Below are positions 25,261 to 37,127 of a stretch of 64,000 bases of DNA, in pieces (the first letter of the stretch is position 1; every line of letters starts with the position of its first letter). The position numbers were made by a program, and so were the translations under genes. Source of the stretch: Macrostomum lignano (taxonomy: Eukaryota); NCBI GenBank assembly GCA_002269645.1, contig NIVC01002599.1, positions 94,144 to 158,143 of the forward strand, read 5' to 3'. Below the pieces are notes generated by a model. That model saw only the letters and a program-made list of their open reading frames with translations, was not told where the DNA came from and searched no databases.

Positions 25261-28200
25261 TATATATATATTTGCATGCAAAATGGGATACAAAATAGCT
25301 GACCGATAATATCGAATACGCAGTGCGTGTAGCTTCACCGATATATAAGTACACTTTGTCGCCGGATTGACAGTCGCCGCTTTGACAGTCGACGGATCAT
25401 CCTGTCGCCGGTTTGACCGTTTCTCATTTCTACTCTACATTTTAAATACGAATTTTCTAAGAACTATTTTCTAAGAACAATTAATTAAGAACGGCTCATG
25501 CTTGATGCACCAATGCCGATGCGCCTGCGCTCTGCTTTATCATCAGTGACAGAGTCTTCAATAATCTAAGTATTCTACCCAGCTAAATCTTGAAATTTAT
25601 AGGTATCTGAGTGCCAATCATACCTATATTTAGTTTAAACCCAGATATTTAGCGATAGCGATATTTAATATATTTATATAGCATAGCATAGGCGTAGGCC
25701 CCCTAGCAATAACAATATTAGCGATATTTAGTTTAACCCTAGATATAGGCTGGTTTTTAATTATAAGCTCAATACTTCGTTATTTAATTCCAGTGGCAGT
25801 CGCAGATCCAGGATTCCGAGTTAGGGAAAGGGCCTTCTAGCCTTAGTATTTTAAGTAAGTTAAAAGTTGCCCCTCAAAAAAATTCTAGATCTCTTTTGAT
25901 CTTCTAGCTTCTGAATCTATAATTCTAGATCTGTTGCATGTAGCTATTCACTTCTATGTTGAACATTTCTCTAGAGGCTACTCACCTACATATCTAATTT
26001 GGCATGATAGATGAGCATATTGGTGATATTGATCAAGATTAAATAGCCAAGTATTTTTATATATAGGCCTAAAAATACAAGTTTAAGATATCCTATTTTT
26101 TAAAAAACCTAATTGGGATGCTTTCACATAGTTTATTAATTAAAATTGGCTAATCAAAGACCAAGATTCATATAATAATAAGGCCTATATTTTTTAAAAA
26201 TGACTAAATATGTATTAATTATAAAAGTAGGCTAACTTTCATTACATTTTAACATTGCTCTTAGTTACCAAAAGTTCTTGATAATGATAATATATATAAT
26301 AGGGCTATTTTTCTATCCTTTCAAATGCCACCAAAGTTGTGCTGGGGTTTGCTTCCCTCTTAGCTATTCTACTAATGCTACTAAAGTTGTGCTAGCAGTG
26401 TTCCTATACGATATGAAATCCTACAAGTTAGCCACCAAAGTTGTCATAGGGGTTAGGGCCTACTTCTGTCCCTAATATAATCTTTACAAACTGCTACCAA
26501 GTTGTAATAGGGGTTACTTCTGTCCTCCTATTTTGTTACTAAATTTGTATTAGGGTTAGGCCTATTTCTTACTATTTGATTTTATTGGTTATTTCCTGTA
26601 TATTACTTGTATATTTACTGGTAGCATATGTACTTTTAGCCTCAGTGGTCTAATGGCAATATATTTCTAATTTTATATATCCCCAGTTCTCTCTTCTAGG
26701 AGGGTTTCTCTCAGTAGTCTAGGAATTATTGGGATCAGAGGGTCACAGCTTTCTTGCTGGGTATTTGGCCCTGAGGTGGGTTTTTAGACTGAGTTTTGAT
26801 TCCTCTACCCTGTGGTAGGATTTTTACCTTTTAAAGGTGAATTCTCAGATTCTGAATCTGGATATCTTGTTCTTCTGAGAACGGTTTGAACTCTCCCAAT
26901 CTTGGGGTTATTCCTAAGTCATTATCTACTACTTATAAATGAGTAACACTAGAACAACTCTTGAGATTGACTGATTTCATTTCTATAGTTGAAGGAGTTC
27001 AAGCTTAGAGTGAGAAGACGGAACTGGGTAAACTAAAACTTTTATTTTTCTTGGCCCCTAGTGGGCTCCCTTTGATAGTAAAGTTTTTCAATACAGTTTA
27101 TAACAAATGATAATATTTAAAACATACAGAATCTATCACTTATAGAAAATATTTATAATATTTGTACAGTATAACAATAGTAGTATTTTTTAGTTACACA
27201 TTTGACATTTCCTAGAAACTAATAGCATAAAAATGAGGCTTATTATATATAATATATTTAGAGAAGCCAAAAAAAATAATTTATAGTTATAGTCTATTTT
27301 TGGTTCAGCCTAGCTAGCTAGGCCTAGTCTTTATTCCTTTTCCCCATTTGACATTTATCTATGATATTTTTAGTCATTCAAAATTCACCTTTTTTGGTTG
27401 GACTTAAGGTATATTACCTTTGAAGTTTGACTATATTTGATTTTTTGTTTAAAGCCATAGGCTTGTAATAGATTATCTTAGGTATTGGATATATAAAATT
27501 AGTTTATTATTATGGTTCTTATCTATTATTTTTTTTCTATAAATAGTTTAAATATGCCTAAGATATAAAATTGAAATGATCTTTAGAGCCTATCACTTTT
27601 ATTATAGTTAATGATTGGTATATGTTTATATTTGTTTATATAAAAGGGCCCATGAATATAAATAAATTTGCCTAATATATCCTAACCTAAATGGAATATA
27701 TAGGCCTACTAATCCAAAAAGGTACTTTGTACTTTGAAATATAGTAGTTGGAACTAAAAAGTATTGCACTAATGGAACTTTTATTATTTTTTTGTTCCTG
27801 GATCTCTTCAAAAAACTTCTAGATAATAGGTAAATTCTATTGTGATTTTTTTACAAGTCTATAAGCAGATAGTAACTTATACTTCAACTCTCATGAGATA
27901 GAATAGGTTAAGCTTATGGGTGGCTTTCTAATTATCAATGATATTTGTCATGAAACAAGTGCTAATGACTATTAGTGCTAATGAATTGACATATTATTAG
28001 TTGCACATTGCCAAAGTGTTTGCAGTCCATCCAAATGGCTAACATTCAAGCAAGTATAGCTGAATTGCAGGAGCATTGGCACTTGAAAAAGGAGTTGCTT
28101 GTGGAAGCAATTAATTAAAACTTGCTCATTTTGACCCATTATCTCTTCAAAAGTCCAGATTCCTTGCAACTTACTGATACTGAAGCTCACCTGAAGATCC

Positions 28201-28822
28201 AGTTTTTTACCGTCAGAGCAGCATCTGCACTCTGCAGCTCTTCGCAGATCTGCTACAGGTAGCCTGAGCACTGGGAAATGCACATGCATGTCGACGAATC
28301 CCAGTGATTCGCCAAGCTTCAATGCCTACTTGACAACTAGTATGGCCGGGTGGGACGCAGCTGTACGTCGAGCAAGCCACGTCACCACTTCACATCCTGC
28401 ATCACCAGTCTGATTCATGCTTGTAGCTGGAACATCCAGTGGGACTGTGAACAATCAACTGCTGCAGCGTCTTTACCGGAATGATGACGCTGTTTGATAT
28501 CACCTAGTTGGGAGCTAGGTGGAGCACCACTCTTATCGCCATTCGGAGGATCTCATGTACATCGCACCTCTGGTTGCTGTTATCATCTGCCTTGACGTTT
28601 CTGCCCCTTTGCGCCACTGACCAAATCCAGGAAATTTCCCCACTTTCAATGCGTTAAACCTTAAGTTAGCTCATACATACACAAAGTGTAGGAGTTGTGG
28701 GCGTATATTTTTCAAAAGACAAAAAAGTTTTGTTTTGTTCTTTTTGAATTCTAAAAATATTAGAAATAAAAATGGAACTAAATATTGTAATCTAGCACAA
28801 GTCTCCGATAAAAAAATAATTT

Positions 28823-29349
28823 ATGCTCACAATTGGCTTCTATTGTTTAGCATCTCTGCCACTGCCTGCACATTACCAGCCGTGTGTCAGGTCTCTACAC
28901 AGGCAATTATTATCAACCAGTGCCGCTGTCAAAGCTGCAATGCGAGTTCTAAATGTTGCTGAAAAGAACGATGCAGCCAAAAGCCTGGCCGCTATCATGT
29001 CCAACGGTCAGATGCGCCGCCGAGATGGCCAGTCGAGGTATAACAAAATCTACGAATTCCAGTGCAACCTGCTTGGCCAGCAGTGCCAGATGACCATGAC
29101 CTCGGTTAGTGGCCACTTAATGAACTATGACTTCACTCAGCAGCACAGAAAGTGGCTCAGCTGCCACCCGTCGGCCCTGTTTGATGCCCCCGTTGTTAAA
29201 CAGATACAGCGGGACTACCAGCCAATCAGGGACACCCTGACCCAGCTGGCCAAGTCCGCTCAGCGGCTGGTCATCTGGACAGATTGCGATCGAGAGGGCG
29301 AAAATATCGGCATGGAGATTGTCAACGTCTGCATGGCCTCGAATCCCAG
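28823..29349 (+). CDS. TOP3A: DNA topoisomerase III alpha, exon 1 (second in-frame ATG at 28940)
   Basis: MRVLNVAEKNDAAK, MTSVSGHL, LVIWTDCDREGENIG (TOPRIM). Donor at 29350, phase 2. Confidence 0.95.
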
Positions 29350-29376
29350 GTAATGGTCGTTCAGGCAATTCTTTGG

Positions 29377-31295
29377 GATTCAGAATGGGGATATGGATTC
29401 TCGTGCAGGATTCAGAATGGGGATCAGGATTCTCGTGCAGGATTCAGAATGGGGATATGGATTCTCGTGCAGGATTCAGAATGGGGATATGGATTCTCGT
29501 GCAGGATTCAGAATGGGGATATGGATTCTCGTGCAGGATTCAGAATGGGGATATGGATTCTCGTGCAGGATTCAGAATGGGGATATGGATTCTCGTGCAG
29601 GATTCAGAATGGGGATCAGGATTCTCGTGCAGGATTCAGAATGGGGATCAGGATTCTCGTGCAGGATTCAGAATGGGGATCAGGATTCTCGTGCAGGATT
29701 CAGAATGGGGATCAGGATTCTCGTGCAGGATTCAGAATGGGGATCAGGATTCTCGTGCAGGATTCAGAATGGGGATCAGGATTCTCGTGCAGGATTCAGA
29801 ATGGGGATATGGATTCTTGTGCAGGATTCAGAATGGGGATATGGATTCTTGTGCAGGATTCAGAATGGGGATATGGATTCTTGTGCAGGATTCAGAATGG
29901 GGATATGGATTCTTGTGCAGGATTCAGAATGGGGATATGGATTCTTGTGCAGGATTCAGAATGGGGATATGGATTCTTGTGCAGGATTCAGAATGGGGAT
30001 ATGGATTCTTGTGCAGGATTCAGAATGGGGATATGGATTCTTGTGCAGGATTCAGAATGGGGATATGGATTCTTGTGCAGGATTCAGAATGGGGATATGG
30101 ATTCTTGTGCAGGATTCAGAATGGGGATATGGATTCTTGTGCAGGATTCAGAATGGGGATATGGATTCTTGTGCAGGATTCAGAATGGGGATATGGATTC
30201 TTGTGCAGGATTCAGAATGGGGATATGGATTCTTGTGCAGGATTCAGAATGGGGATATGGATTCTTGTGCAGGATTCAGAATGGGGATATGGATTCTTGT
30301 GCAGGATTCAGAATGGGGATATGGATTCTTGTGCAGGATTCAGAATGCGGATCTACAGTCTCCGAGCGCGACCGACCAGCTGCGAAGAAAAATGACGAGC
30401 TAAAATTCTCACCCAGATCGATCTATCTACCTAACTTCTTACCTGGATTCTTGTGTGGGATTCTGAATAGGGATCGGGATTCTCGCGGAGGATCAGAATG
30501 GGGATCGGGATTCTCGTGCGGGATTCAGAATGCGGATCGGGATTCTTGTGCAGGATTCAGAATGCGGATCGGGATTCTTGTGCGGGATTCAGAATAGGGA
30601 TCTGGATTCTCGTGCGGGATTCAGAATGCGGATCTGGATTCTTGTGTCGGAGTCAGAATAGGGATCTGGATTCTCGTGCGGGATTCTGAATAGGGATCGG
30701 GATTCTCGCGGAGGATCAGAATGGGGATCGGGATTCTCGTGCGGGATTCAGAATGCGGATCGGGATTCTTGTGCAGGATTCAGAATGCGGATCGGGATTC
30801 TTGTGCGGGATTCAGAATAGGGATCTGGATTCTCGTGCGGGATTCAGAATGCGGATCGGGATTCTTGTGCAGGATTCAGAATGCGGATCGGGATTCTTGT
30901 GCGGGATTCAGAATAGGGATCTGGATTCTCGTGCGGGATTCAGAATGCGGATCTGGATTCTTGTGTCGGAGTCAGAATAGGGATCTGGATTCTCGTGCGG
31001 GATTCTGAATAGGGATCGGGATTCTCGCGGAGGATCAGAATGGGGATCGGGATTCTCGTGCGGGATTCAGAATGCGGATCGGGATTCTTGTGCAGGATTC
31101 AGAATGCGGATCGGGATTCTTGTGCGGGATTCAGAATAGGGATCTGGATTCTCGTGCGGGATTCAGAATGCGGATCTGGATTCTTGTGTCGGAGTCAGAA
31201 TAGGGATCTGGATTCTCGTGCGGGATTCAGAATGCGGATCTGGATTCTCGTGCAGGATTCAAAATGGGACCAGGATTCTTGTGCAGGATTCGGAA
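29377..31295. repeat. 32-bp minisatellite filling TOP3A intron 1
   Basis: Unit ggattcagaatggggatatggattc(t/c)(t/c)gtgca; homogeneous block 29377-30350, ~90-bp unique spacer, diverged higher-order block 30440-31295. Confidence 0.97.
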
Positions 31296-31445
31296 TATCC
31301 TAAATAGTTTGTGATGTGGTTATTTGGGGGGATATCTGAGTCTAGATCCTGCATCAGAATCCTACGGTTCAAACAAATGATTTGAAGATGCATGGTTTAA
31401 AATTTTTAAACATTTTGAACAGTATTCCACGCCTGTCTCCCACAG

Positions 31446-31821
31446 ACTTGACGTATACCGAGCCAAATTCTCAGAGATCACCCGGCCTGCAGTGCAGCGG
31501 GCCCTGGCCTCCCTGACCCGCATGGACGAGCGGGTCAGCGACGCGGTGGACGCCAGACAGGAGCTGGACCTGCGCATCGGGGCCGCATTCACCCGGTTCC
31601 AGACGCTCCGGCTCAGGCAGGTGTTCCCGGCCGTTCTGGCCGACCAGCTGGTCTCCTACGGCAGCTGCCAGTTCCCCACTCTCGGCTTTGTTGTTGAACG
31701 ATTTAAAGAGGCCGAACGGTTTCAACCGGAGCCGTTCTGGCGGCTGCGCGTGCTGGCCGAGTCGCCGGACACCGGACAGAGCGCCGAGTTTCTGTGGAAG
31801 CGCGGCCGAGTCTACGATCAG
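31446..31821 (+). CDS. TOP3A: TOP3A exon 2
   Basis: cacag acceptor; LDVYRAKFSEIT...RQELDLRIGAAFTRFQTL...SYGSCQFPTLGFVVER; donor at 31822, phase 0. Confidence 0.95.
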
Positions 31822-31894
31822 GTTTGTAGGGCCCCGACTTGCTGTTTGGTAGGACTTCAGGATTCTGTGCAATTCTATAGTGTTTCAATATAGT

Positions 31895-33040
31895 ATTCTC
31901 AGTAGTTTCCATGATGAGATTCTTAATAGTTTTCATGAGATTCTCGGTAGTTTCCAGGATGAGATTCTTGGTAGTTTCTATGATAACCTCTGTAGTTTCC
32001 ATGATGAGATTCTCAATAGTTTTCATGATAAGATTTTGGTAGTTTCCATGATGAGATTTTGGTAGTTTCCTTGATGAGATTTTGGTAGTTTCCATGATGA
32101 GATTCTCGCTAGTTTCCATGATGAGATTCTCGCTAGTTTTCATGATGAGATTTTTGGTAGTTTCCATGATGAGATTTTGGTAGTTTCCATGATGAGATTC
32201 TCGGTAGTTTCCATGATGAGATTCTCGCTAGTTTTCATGATGAGATTTTTGGTAGTTTCCATGATGAGATTTTGGTAGTTTCCATGATGAGATTCTCAGT
32301 AGTTTTCATGATAAGATTTTTGGTAGTTTCCATGATGAGATTTTGGTAGTTTCCATGATGAGATTCTCGGTAGTTTTCATGATGAGATTCTCGCTAGTTT
32401 TCATGATGAGATTTTTGGTAGTTTCCATGATGAGATTTTGGTAGTTTCCATGATGAGATTCTCGGTAGTTTCCATGATGAGATTCTCGCTAGTTTTCATG
32501 ATGAGATTTTTGGTAGTTTCCATGATGAGATTTTGGTAGTTTCCATGATGAGATTCTCAGTAGTTTTCATGATAAGATTTTTGGTAGTTTCCATGATGAG
32601 ATTTTGGTAGTTTCCATGATGAGATTCTCGCTAGTTTCCATGATGAGATTCTCGCTAGTTTTCATGATGAGATTTTTGGTAGTTTCCATGATGAGATTTT
32701 GGTAGTTTCCATGATGAGATTCTCGGTAGTTTCCATGATGAGATTCTCGCTAGTTTTCATGATGAGATTTTTGGTAGTTTCCATGATGAGATTTTGGTAG
32801 TTTCCATGATGAGATTCTCAGTAGTTTTCATGATAAGATTTTTGGTAGTTTCCATGATGAGATTTTGGTAGTTTCCATGATGAGATTCTCGGTAGTTTTC
32901 ATGATGAGATTTTTGGTAGTTTCCATGATAACCTCTGTAGTTTCCATGATGAAATTTTTGGTAGTTTCCATGATAATTTCTGTAGTTTCCATGATAATCT
33001 CGGTAGCTTCCGTGATGAGCTTTTTAGTAGTTTCCATGAT
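31895..33040. repeat. 23/24-bp minisatellite filling TOP3A intron 2
   Basis: Unit gtagtttccatgatgagatt(ttg/ctcg). Confidence 0.97.
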
Positions 33041-33156
33041 TCACAATGTTATTTTGAGACTTGGGCGAAGAATGTCGATATTGATATTCAGCCAGATAAT
33101 CTCAGAGCTCAGCATCTCAAAATGCGCCTGGCTGTCTCGCCTCCTACTTTCCGCAG

Positions 33157-33570
33157 GCTGTCGGCCAGATGTTTCTGGCCCACGTGCTCGAATCGCCCAT
33201 AGCAACAGTAATTAGCGTCGAGTCCAAGCCCAAGAATCGATGGCGCCCGTGCGCGCTGGACACGGTGGAATTCGAGAAGCTGGCCTCCCGCAAACTGCGC
33301 ATCAACGCCAAGGAGGCGATGCACATCGCCGAGCGCCTGTACACGCAGGGCTACATCTCCTATCCGCGCACGGAGACGAACATATTCCCTAGGGATTTTA
33401 ATTTGCGCGGCCTAGTTCAGACTCAAACTGCGGACAATCGGTGGGCCCAGTTTGCCCAGCGAGTGGCCGAGCATGGGCCAAGCCCGCGGAATGGCAAGAA
33501 GTCTGATCAGGCCCATCCGCCTATTCACCCGCTGAAATGCGGTGACGGACTGGCTAATAATGAGGCCAAG
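33157..33570 (+). CDS. TOP3A: TOP3A exon 3 (catalytic tyrosine)
   Basis: ccgcag acceptor; LDTVEFEK...LYTQGYISYPRTET...DQAHPPIHP; donor gtgagc at 33571. Confidence 0.96.
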
Positions 33571-33654
33571 GTGAGCCTGCGTTCTTGTTGTCAGCAACAT
33601 GTGTTCTTCACTTTTTAAACCTGGAGACCTCGAAAGCCTATGGTATCTTTGGGA

Positions 33655-34550
33655 CTGAGATAACTCCGGATTTAATGCCCCCTGAGATAATTATGGATTT
33701 AATGCCCCCTGAGATAATTATGGATTTAATGCCCCCTAAGTTAATTCAGAATTTAATGACCCCCAGAAATAATTATGGGTTTAATGACCCCCTGAGATAG
33801 TTATGGATTTAATGACCCCCTGAAATAATTATGGATTTAATGACCCCCCTGGAATAAATCTGGATTTAATGACCCCTTGAGGTAATTATGGATTTAATGA
33901 CCCAGATAATTATGGATTTTATGACCCCTAGGATAATTCTAGATTTAATGACCCCCTGAGATAATTCTGGGTTTAATGACCCCCTGAGATAGTTATGGAT
34001 TTAATGACCCCCTGAAATAATTATGGATTTAATGACCCCCCTAGAATAAATCTGGATTTAATGACCCCTTGAGGTAATTATGGATTTAATGACCCAGATA
34101 ATTATGGATTTTATGACCCCTAGGATAATTCTAGATTTAATGACCCCCTGAGATAATTCTGGGTTTAATGACCCCCTGAGATCGCTCTGGTTTTAATATC
34201 CCCCTGGGATAATTCTAGATTTCATGACCCACTGAGATAATTATAGTTTTAATGACCCCTGAAATAATTCTGGGTTTAGTGAGTCAATGACCCCCTGAGA
34301 AGATTATGGATTTAATGACCCCTGAGATAATCATGGATTTAATGACCCCTGAGATAATTATAAATTTAATGACCCCCTGAGATAATTATGCATTTAATGA
34401 CCCCCTGAGATAATTATGCATTTAATGACCCCCCGCCGTGATAATTATAGATTTAATGATTCCTGAGATAATTATAGATTTAATGACCCCCTAAGATAAT
34501 TATAGATTTAATGACCCCTAAGATAATTATGGATTTAATGACCACTGAGG
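33655..34550. repeat. 27/28-bp minisatellite filling TOP3A intron 3
   Basis: Unit gagataattatggatttaatgaccccct; ~192-bp internal block duplication (33841 vs 34033). Confidence 0.96.
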
Positions 34551-34721
34551 TCAATCAGCATGCCATGAAAATTAAGTCACGACCCCTGTGAGGTAACCCC
34601 CTCGGTTGATTTCAACCGCTATGACCCACTTTGACACCGTGAGGAAACTTAACAGATGTTAAAGACCTTGTGAGTATGCCAAATAACTATTCTAGATGTA
34701 CTCTATTACCCATCCCGCCAG

Positions 34722-35234
34722 GTATTCGAGCTGATCGCTCGCCACTTCCTAGCCTGCTGCTCCAAAGACGCCGTGGGTCGGGAGGTCAAAGTCGGCATAG
34801 ACATCAACGGCGAAGGCTTCGAAGCCAAAGGCCTGACCATCATTGAGCGCAACTACCTGGAGGTGTACATCTACGATAAATGGGTTGATAAAGAACTGCC
34901 GCTGTTCCAGCAGGGCCAGCAGTTTCAGCCTAGCAACATCAGCCTGATTGACGGGTGCACGACAGCTCCGGCCCTCCTAACCGAGGCCGACCTGATCGCC
35001 CTGATGGACCGGCACGGCATTGGAACAGATGCTACTCACGCTGAGCACATTGAAACTGTGAAACAGCGCCTGTATGTCGGGCTGCAGGACGCCAGGTATC
35101 TGGTGCCTGGCCAGCTGGGCATTGGCCTGGTCGAAGGCTACGACGCAATGGGATTTCAAATGTCCAAGCCGGACCTGCGCTCGGCGCTGGAAGCCGATTT
35201 GAAAGCCATCTGCGAGGGCCGGCGTTCTAAACAG
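34722..35234 (+). CDS. TOP3A: TOP3A exon 4
   Basis: VFELIARHFLACCSKDA...LTEADLIALMDRHGIGTDATHAEHI; donor gtaagg at 35235. Confidence 0.95.
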
Positions 35235-35249
35235 GTAAGGCAACTTCTC

Positions 35250-35465
35250 TGTTAGAGTGTCGGACTCACGGCTGAAAGGTCGGGGGTTCGATTCCCGACC
35301 CACTCGGGACAATTTGTGTCCTTGAGCAAGACACTTAACTCTGCATTGCTTCAGTTCACCCAGCTGTAAAATTGGTGCCAGCATTAGCTGGGATAATTAA
35401 GGGGTGTGTGGCGACCCCCCAGTCCTTGGACTGAACAGCCGTAGAATCGAACCCGCGACCTTTGA
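35250..35465 (+). mobile_element. tRNA-headed SINE (CORE/Deu-Nin-like central domain) in TOP3A intron 4
   Basis: Partial A-box gttagagtg, B-box ggttcgattcc (35285-35295), then gtgtccttgagcaagacacttaac...cagttcacccagctgtaaaa, resembling the conserved CORE/Nin-type SINE domains. Confidence 0.75.
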
Positions 35466-35636
35466 GGCAAGCTTCTCGTTTCTTAGAATAGGATTTTAAA
35501 GCTACTTAATAGGCAGTAGTATCGATGGCATATTTATTGTTTTTGACAGTAAAATACTAAATAAATGAGGTTGAGATACTTAGCAATCAATAATATCGAT
35601 TTTTCGTTCTCTCTCTCTGTTTTTCTCCCATCTCAG

Positions 35637-37127
35637 GACGTGCTCAGCTTCCATATTGAACGCTACAGGCGCGTATTTGATGAAGCGTGTCGCCAGGCCA
35701 ACCTGCTGGACGCCCGGGTCGGCCACTACTTGGACGAACAGCCGGCCGAAGCGCCCCAGCTACCCGCTGGCGAAGCCGGTGGTCAGGCCAATTCGACCAA
35801 CTTGGTGAGGCGCTGCCCGCAGTGCTCAGCGGCCGACATGGCGCTCAAGACTAAGCGAGACGGCTCCAGTTACTACGTTGGCTGCCTGGCCTATCCGACC
35901 TGCAAGCGCGCTGTCTGGCTGCCCGAGTCTGTCCGCCGGGCCGCCGTGTCCGATCAGAACTGTCCGACTTGTTCAACGCCGGGCGGCGCGGGCGGACAGG
36001 TGCGAAAGCTGACGCTGCAGTTCAGCCAGGCGGCTCCGATGTCATTCCGCGACTTGGCCGAGCACACCATCTGCGTCTTCTGCGATCCCGACTATGTTGG
36101 CGCGTTTGGCGGCGCTGCTAGCACCGTTGGAGGCGGAGGTGGCGGTGGCCAACCAAAACCATCCACTGCTATTAGTTTCCATGCCAACGAGCTGCAGGCA
36201 GCATCGATGCAGCAGCGTCTGTTTCTGCAGCCGCAGGATCGGCAGACTTTTGCTGTGCAGGCGCCAGCGCCAATGCAGCAGCAGCCGCCGCCGCAGCCTC
36301 CAGGAGGTGCCGCCAACGCCGCTCCGGGCACCTGCGCTTGCGGTACACCTGTACGAGAACTGACTGTACGCAAAGAAGGCCCAAATAAGGGCAGACAATT
36401 CTACAAGTGCGCCACTGGTACCTGCAATCATTTCCAATGGGCTGATGCGCCACCTGGAGGCGGAGGCGGCGGTGGCGGTGGATTTGCTGGTGCATCGTTT
36501 TCAGCGTCGTCCACGCAATACGGTGGTGGCGGCGATTTTGGAAGCGGTGGAGGCGGTGGCTTCGGTGGAAACAGCGGCTTCGGCGGTGGTGGAGGCGGTG
36601 GCTTCGGTGGTGGTGGAGGTGGCGGAAGCAGCGGCTTCGGCGGTGGTGGAGGCGGTGGCTTCGGTGGTGGTGGAGGTGGCGGAAGCAGCGGCTTCGGCGG
36701 TGGTGGAGGTGGAAGCGGCGGCGGAGCTGCCTCAGGCGTCAGTTGCAAGTGCGGCGAGCCGGCCCGCGAGCGGACGGTGCAGAAAGACGGGCCAAACAAA
36801 GGCAGGCCGTTCTTCGGCTGCGCTAAGCCGATGAATCAGAGCTGCAACTTCTTTCAGTGGGGCGACGAGCCCGCTGGCGGCGGCGGCGGTGGTGGCGGCG
36901 GCGGCTTTGGCAGCGGCAGCAGCAGAGGTGGCTTCAGCCGTGGCGGCGGCGGCGGCGGCGGCCTCCAAAAGGCCAACAGCCATGGCAACCGACGCTCCGG
37001 CGGCGGCGGCGGCGGCGGCGGCGGCAGCGACGGCGGTGGCGGTGACGGGCAGAAAAAGCAACGCAAGTGCGGCGCCTGCGGACAGCCGGGCCACACTAGA
37101 AACCGATGCGCAATGTTTATCAACTAG
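35637..37127 (+). CDS. TOP3A: TOP3A exon 5 (C4 zinc ribbon, two GRF zinc fingers, Gly-rich linkers, CCHC knuckle)
   Basis: CPQC...GCLAYPTC; CACG...VRKEGPNKGRQFYKC; CKCG...VQKDGPNKGRPFFGC; RKCGACGQPGHTRNRC. Five exons join in frame: 1067 aa from ATG 28940, 1106 aa from ATG 28823. Confidence 0.95.
   Translation, partial: DVLSFHIERYRRVFDEACRQANLLDARVGHYLDEQPAEAPQLPAGEAGGQANSTNLVRRCPQCSAADMALKTKRDGSSYYVGCLAYPTCKRAVWLPESVRRAAVSDQNCPTCSTPGGAGGQVRKLTLQFSQAAPMSFRDLAEHTICVFCDPDYVGAFGGAASTVGGGGGGGQPKPSTAISFHANELQAASMQQRLFLQPQDRQTFAVQAPAPMQQQPPPQPPGGAANAAPGTCACGTPVRELTVRKEGPNKGRQFYKCATGTCNHFQWADAPPGGGGGGGGGFAGASFSASSTQYGGGGDFGSGGGGGFGGNSGFGGGGGGGFGGGGGGGSSGFGGGGGGGFGGGGGGGSSGFGGGGGGSGGGAASGVSCKCGEPARERTVQKDGPNKGRPFFGCAKPMNQSCNFFQWGDEPAGGGGGGGGGGFGSGSSRGGFSRGGGGGGGLQKANSHGNRRSGGGGGGGGGSDGGGGDGQKKQRKCGACGQPGHTRNRCAMFIN

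Larger units (their letters stand above)
21657..25425. mobile_element. TIR-bounded non-autonomous DNA element (family unassigned) hosting the retrotransposon
   Basis: 21657-21696 cggttaccggccaaactggcgacaagacgatccggcgaca is the inverse of 25387-25425 agtcgacggatcatcctgtcgccggtttgaccgtttctc (few mismatches except the outermost bases); extra gtcgccg subterminal copies at 25355-25380. Confidence 0.6.

Noticed and set aside
29284-31303. Several 300-440 aa repetitive ORFs
   Set aside because: Arise from the 32-bp array inside TOP3A intron 1; the flanking exons splice in frame without them.
35250-35310. tRNA gene
   Set aside because: Only a partial A-box and B-box, no complete cloverleaf, and it continues into a SINE body.
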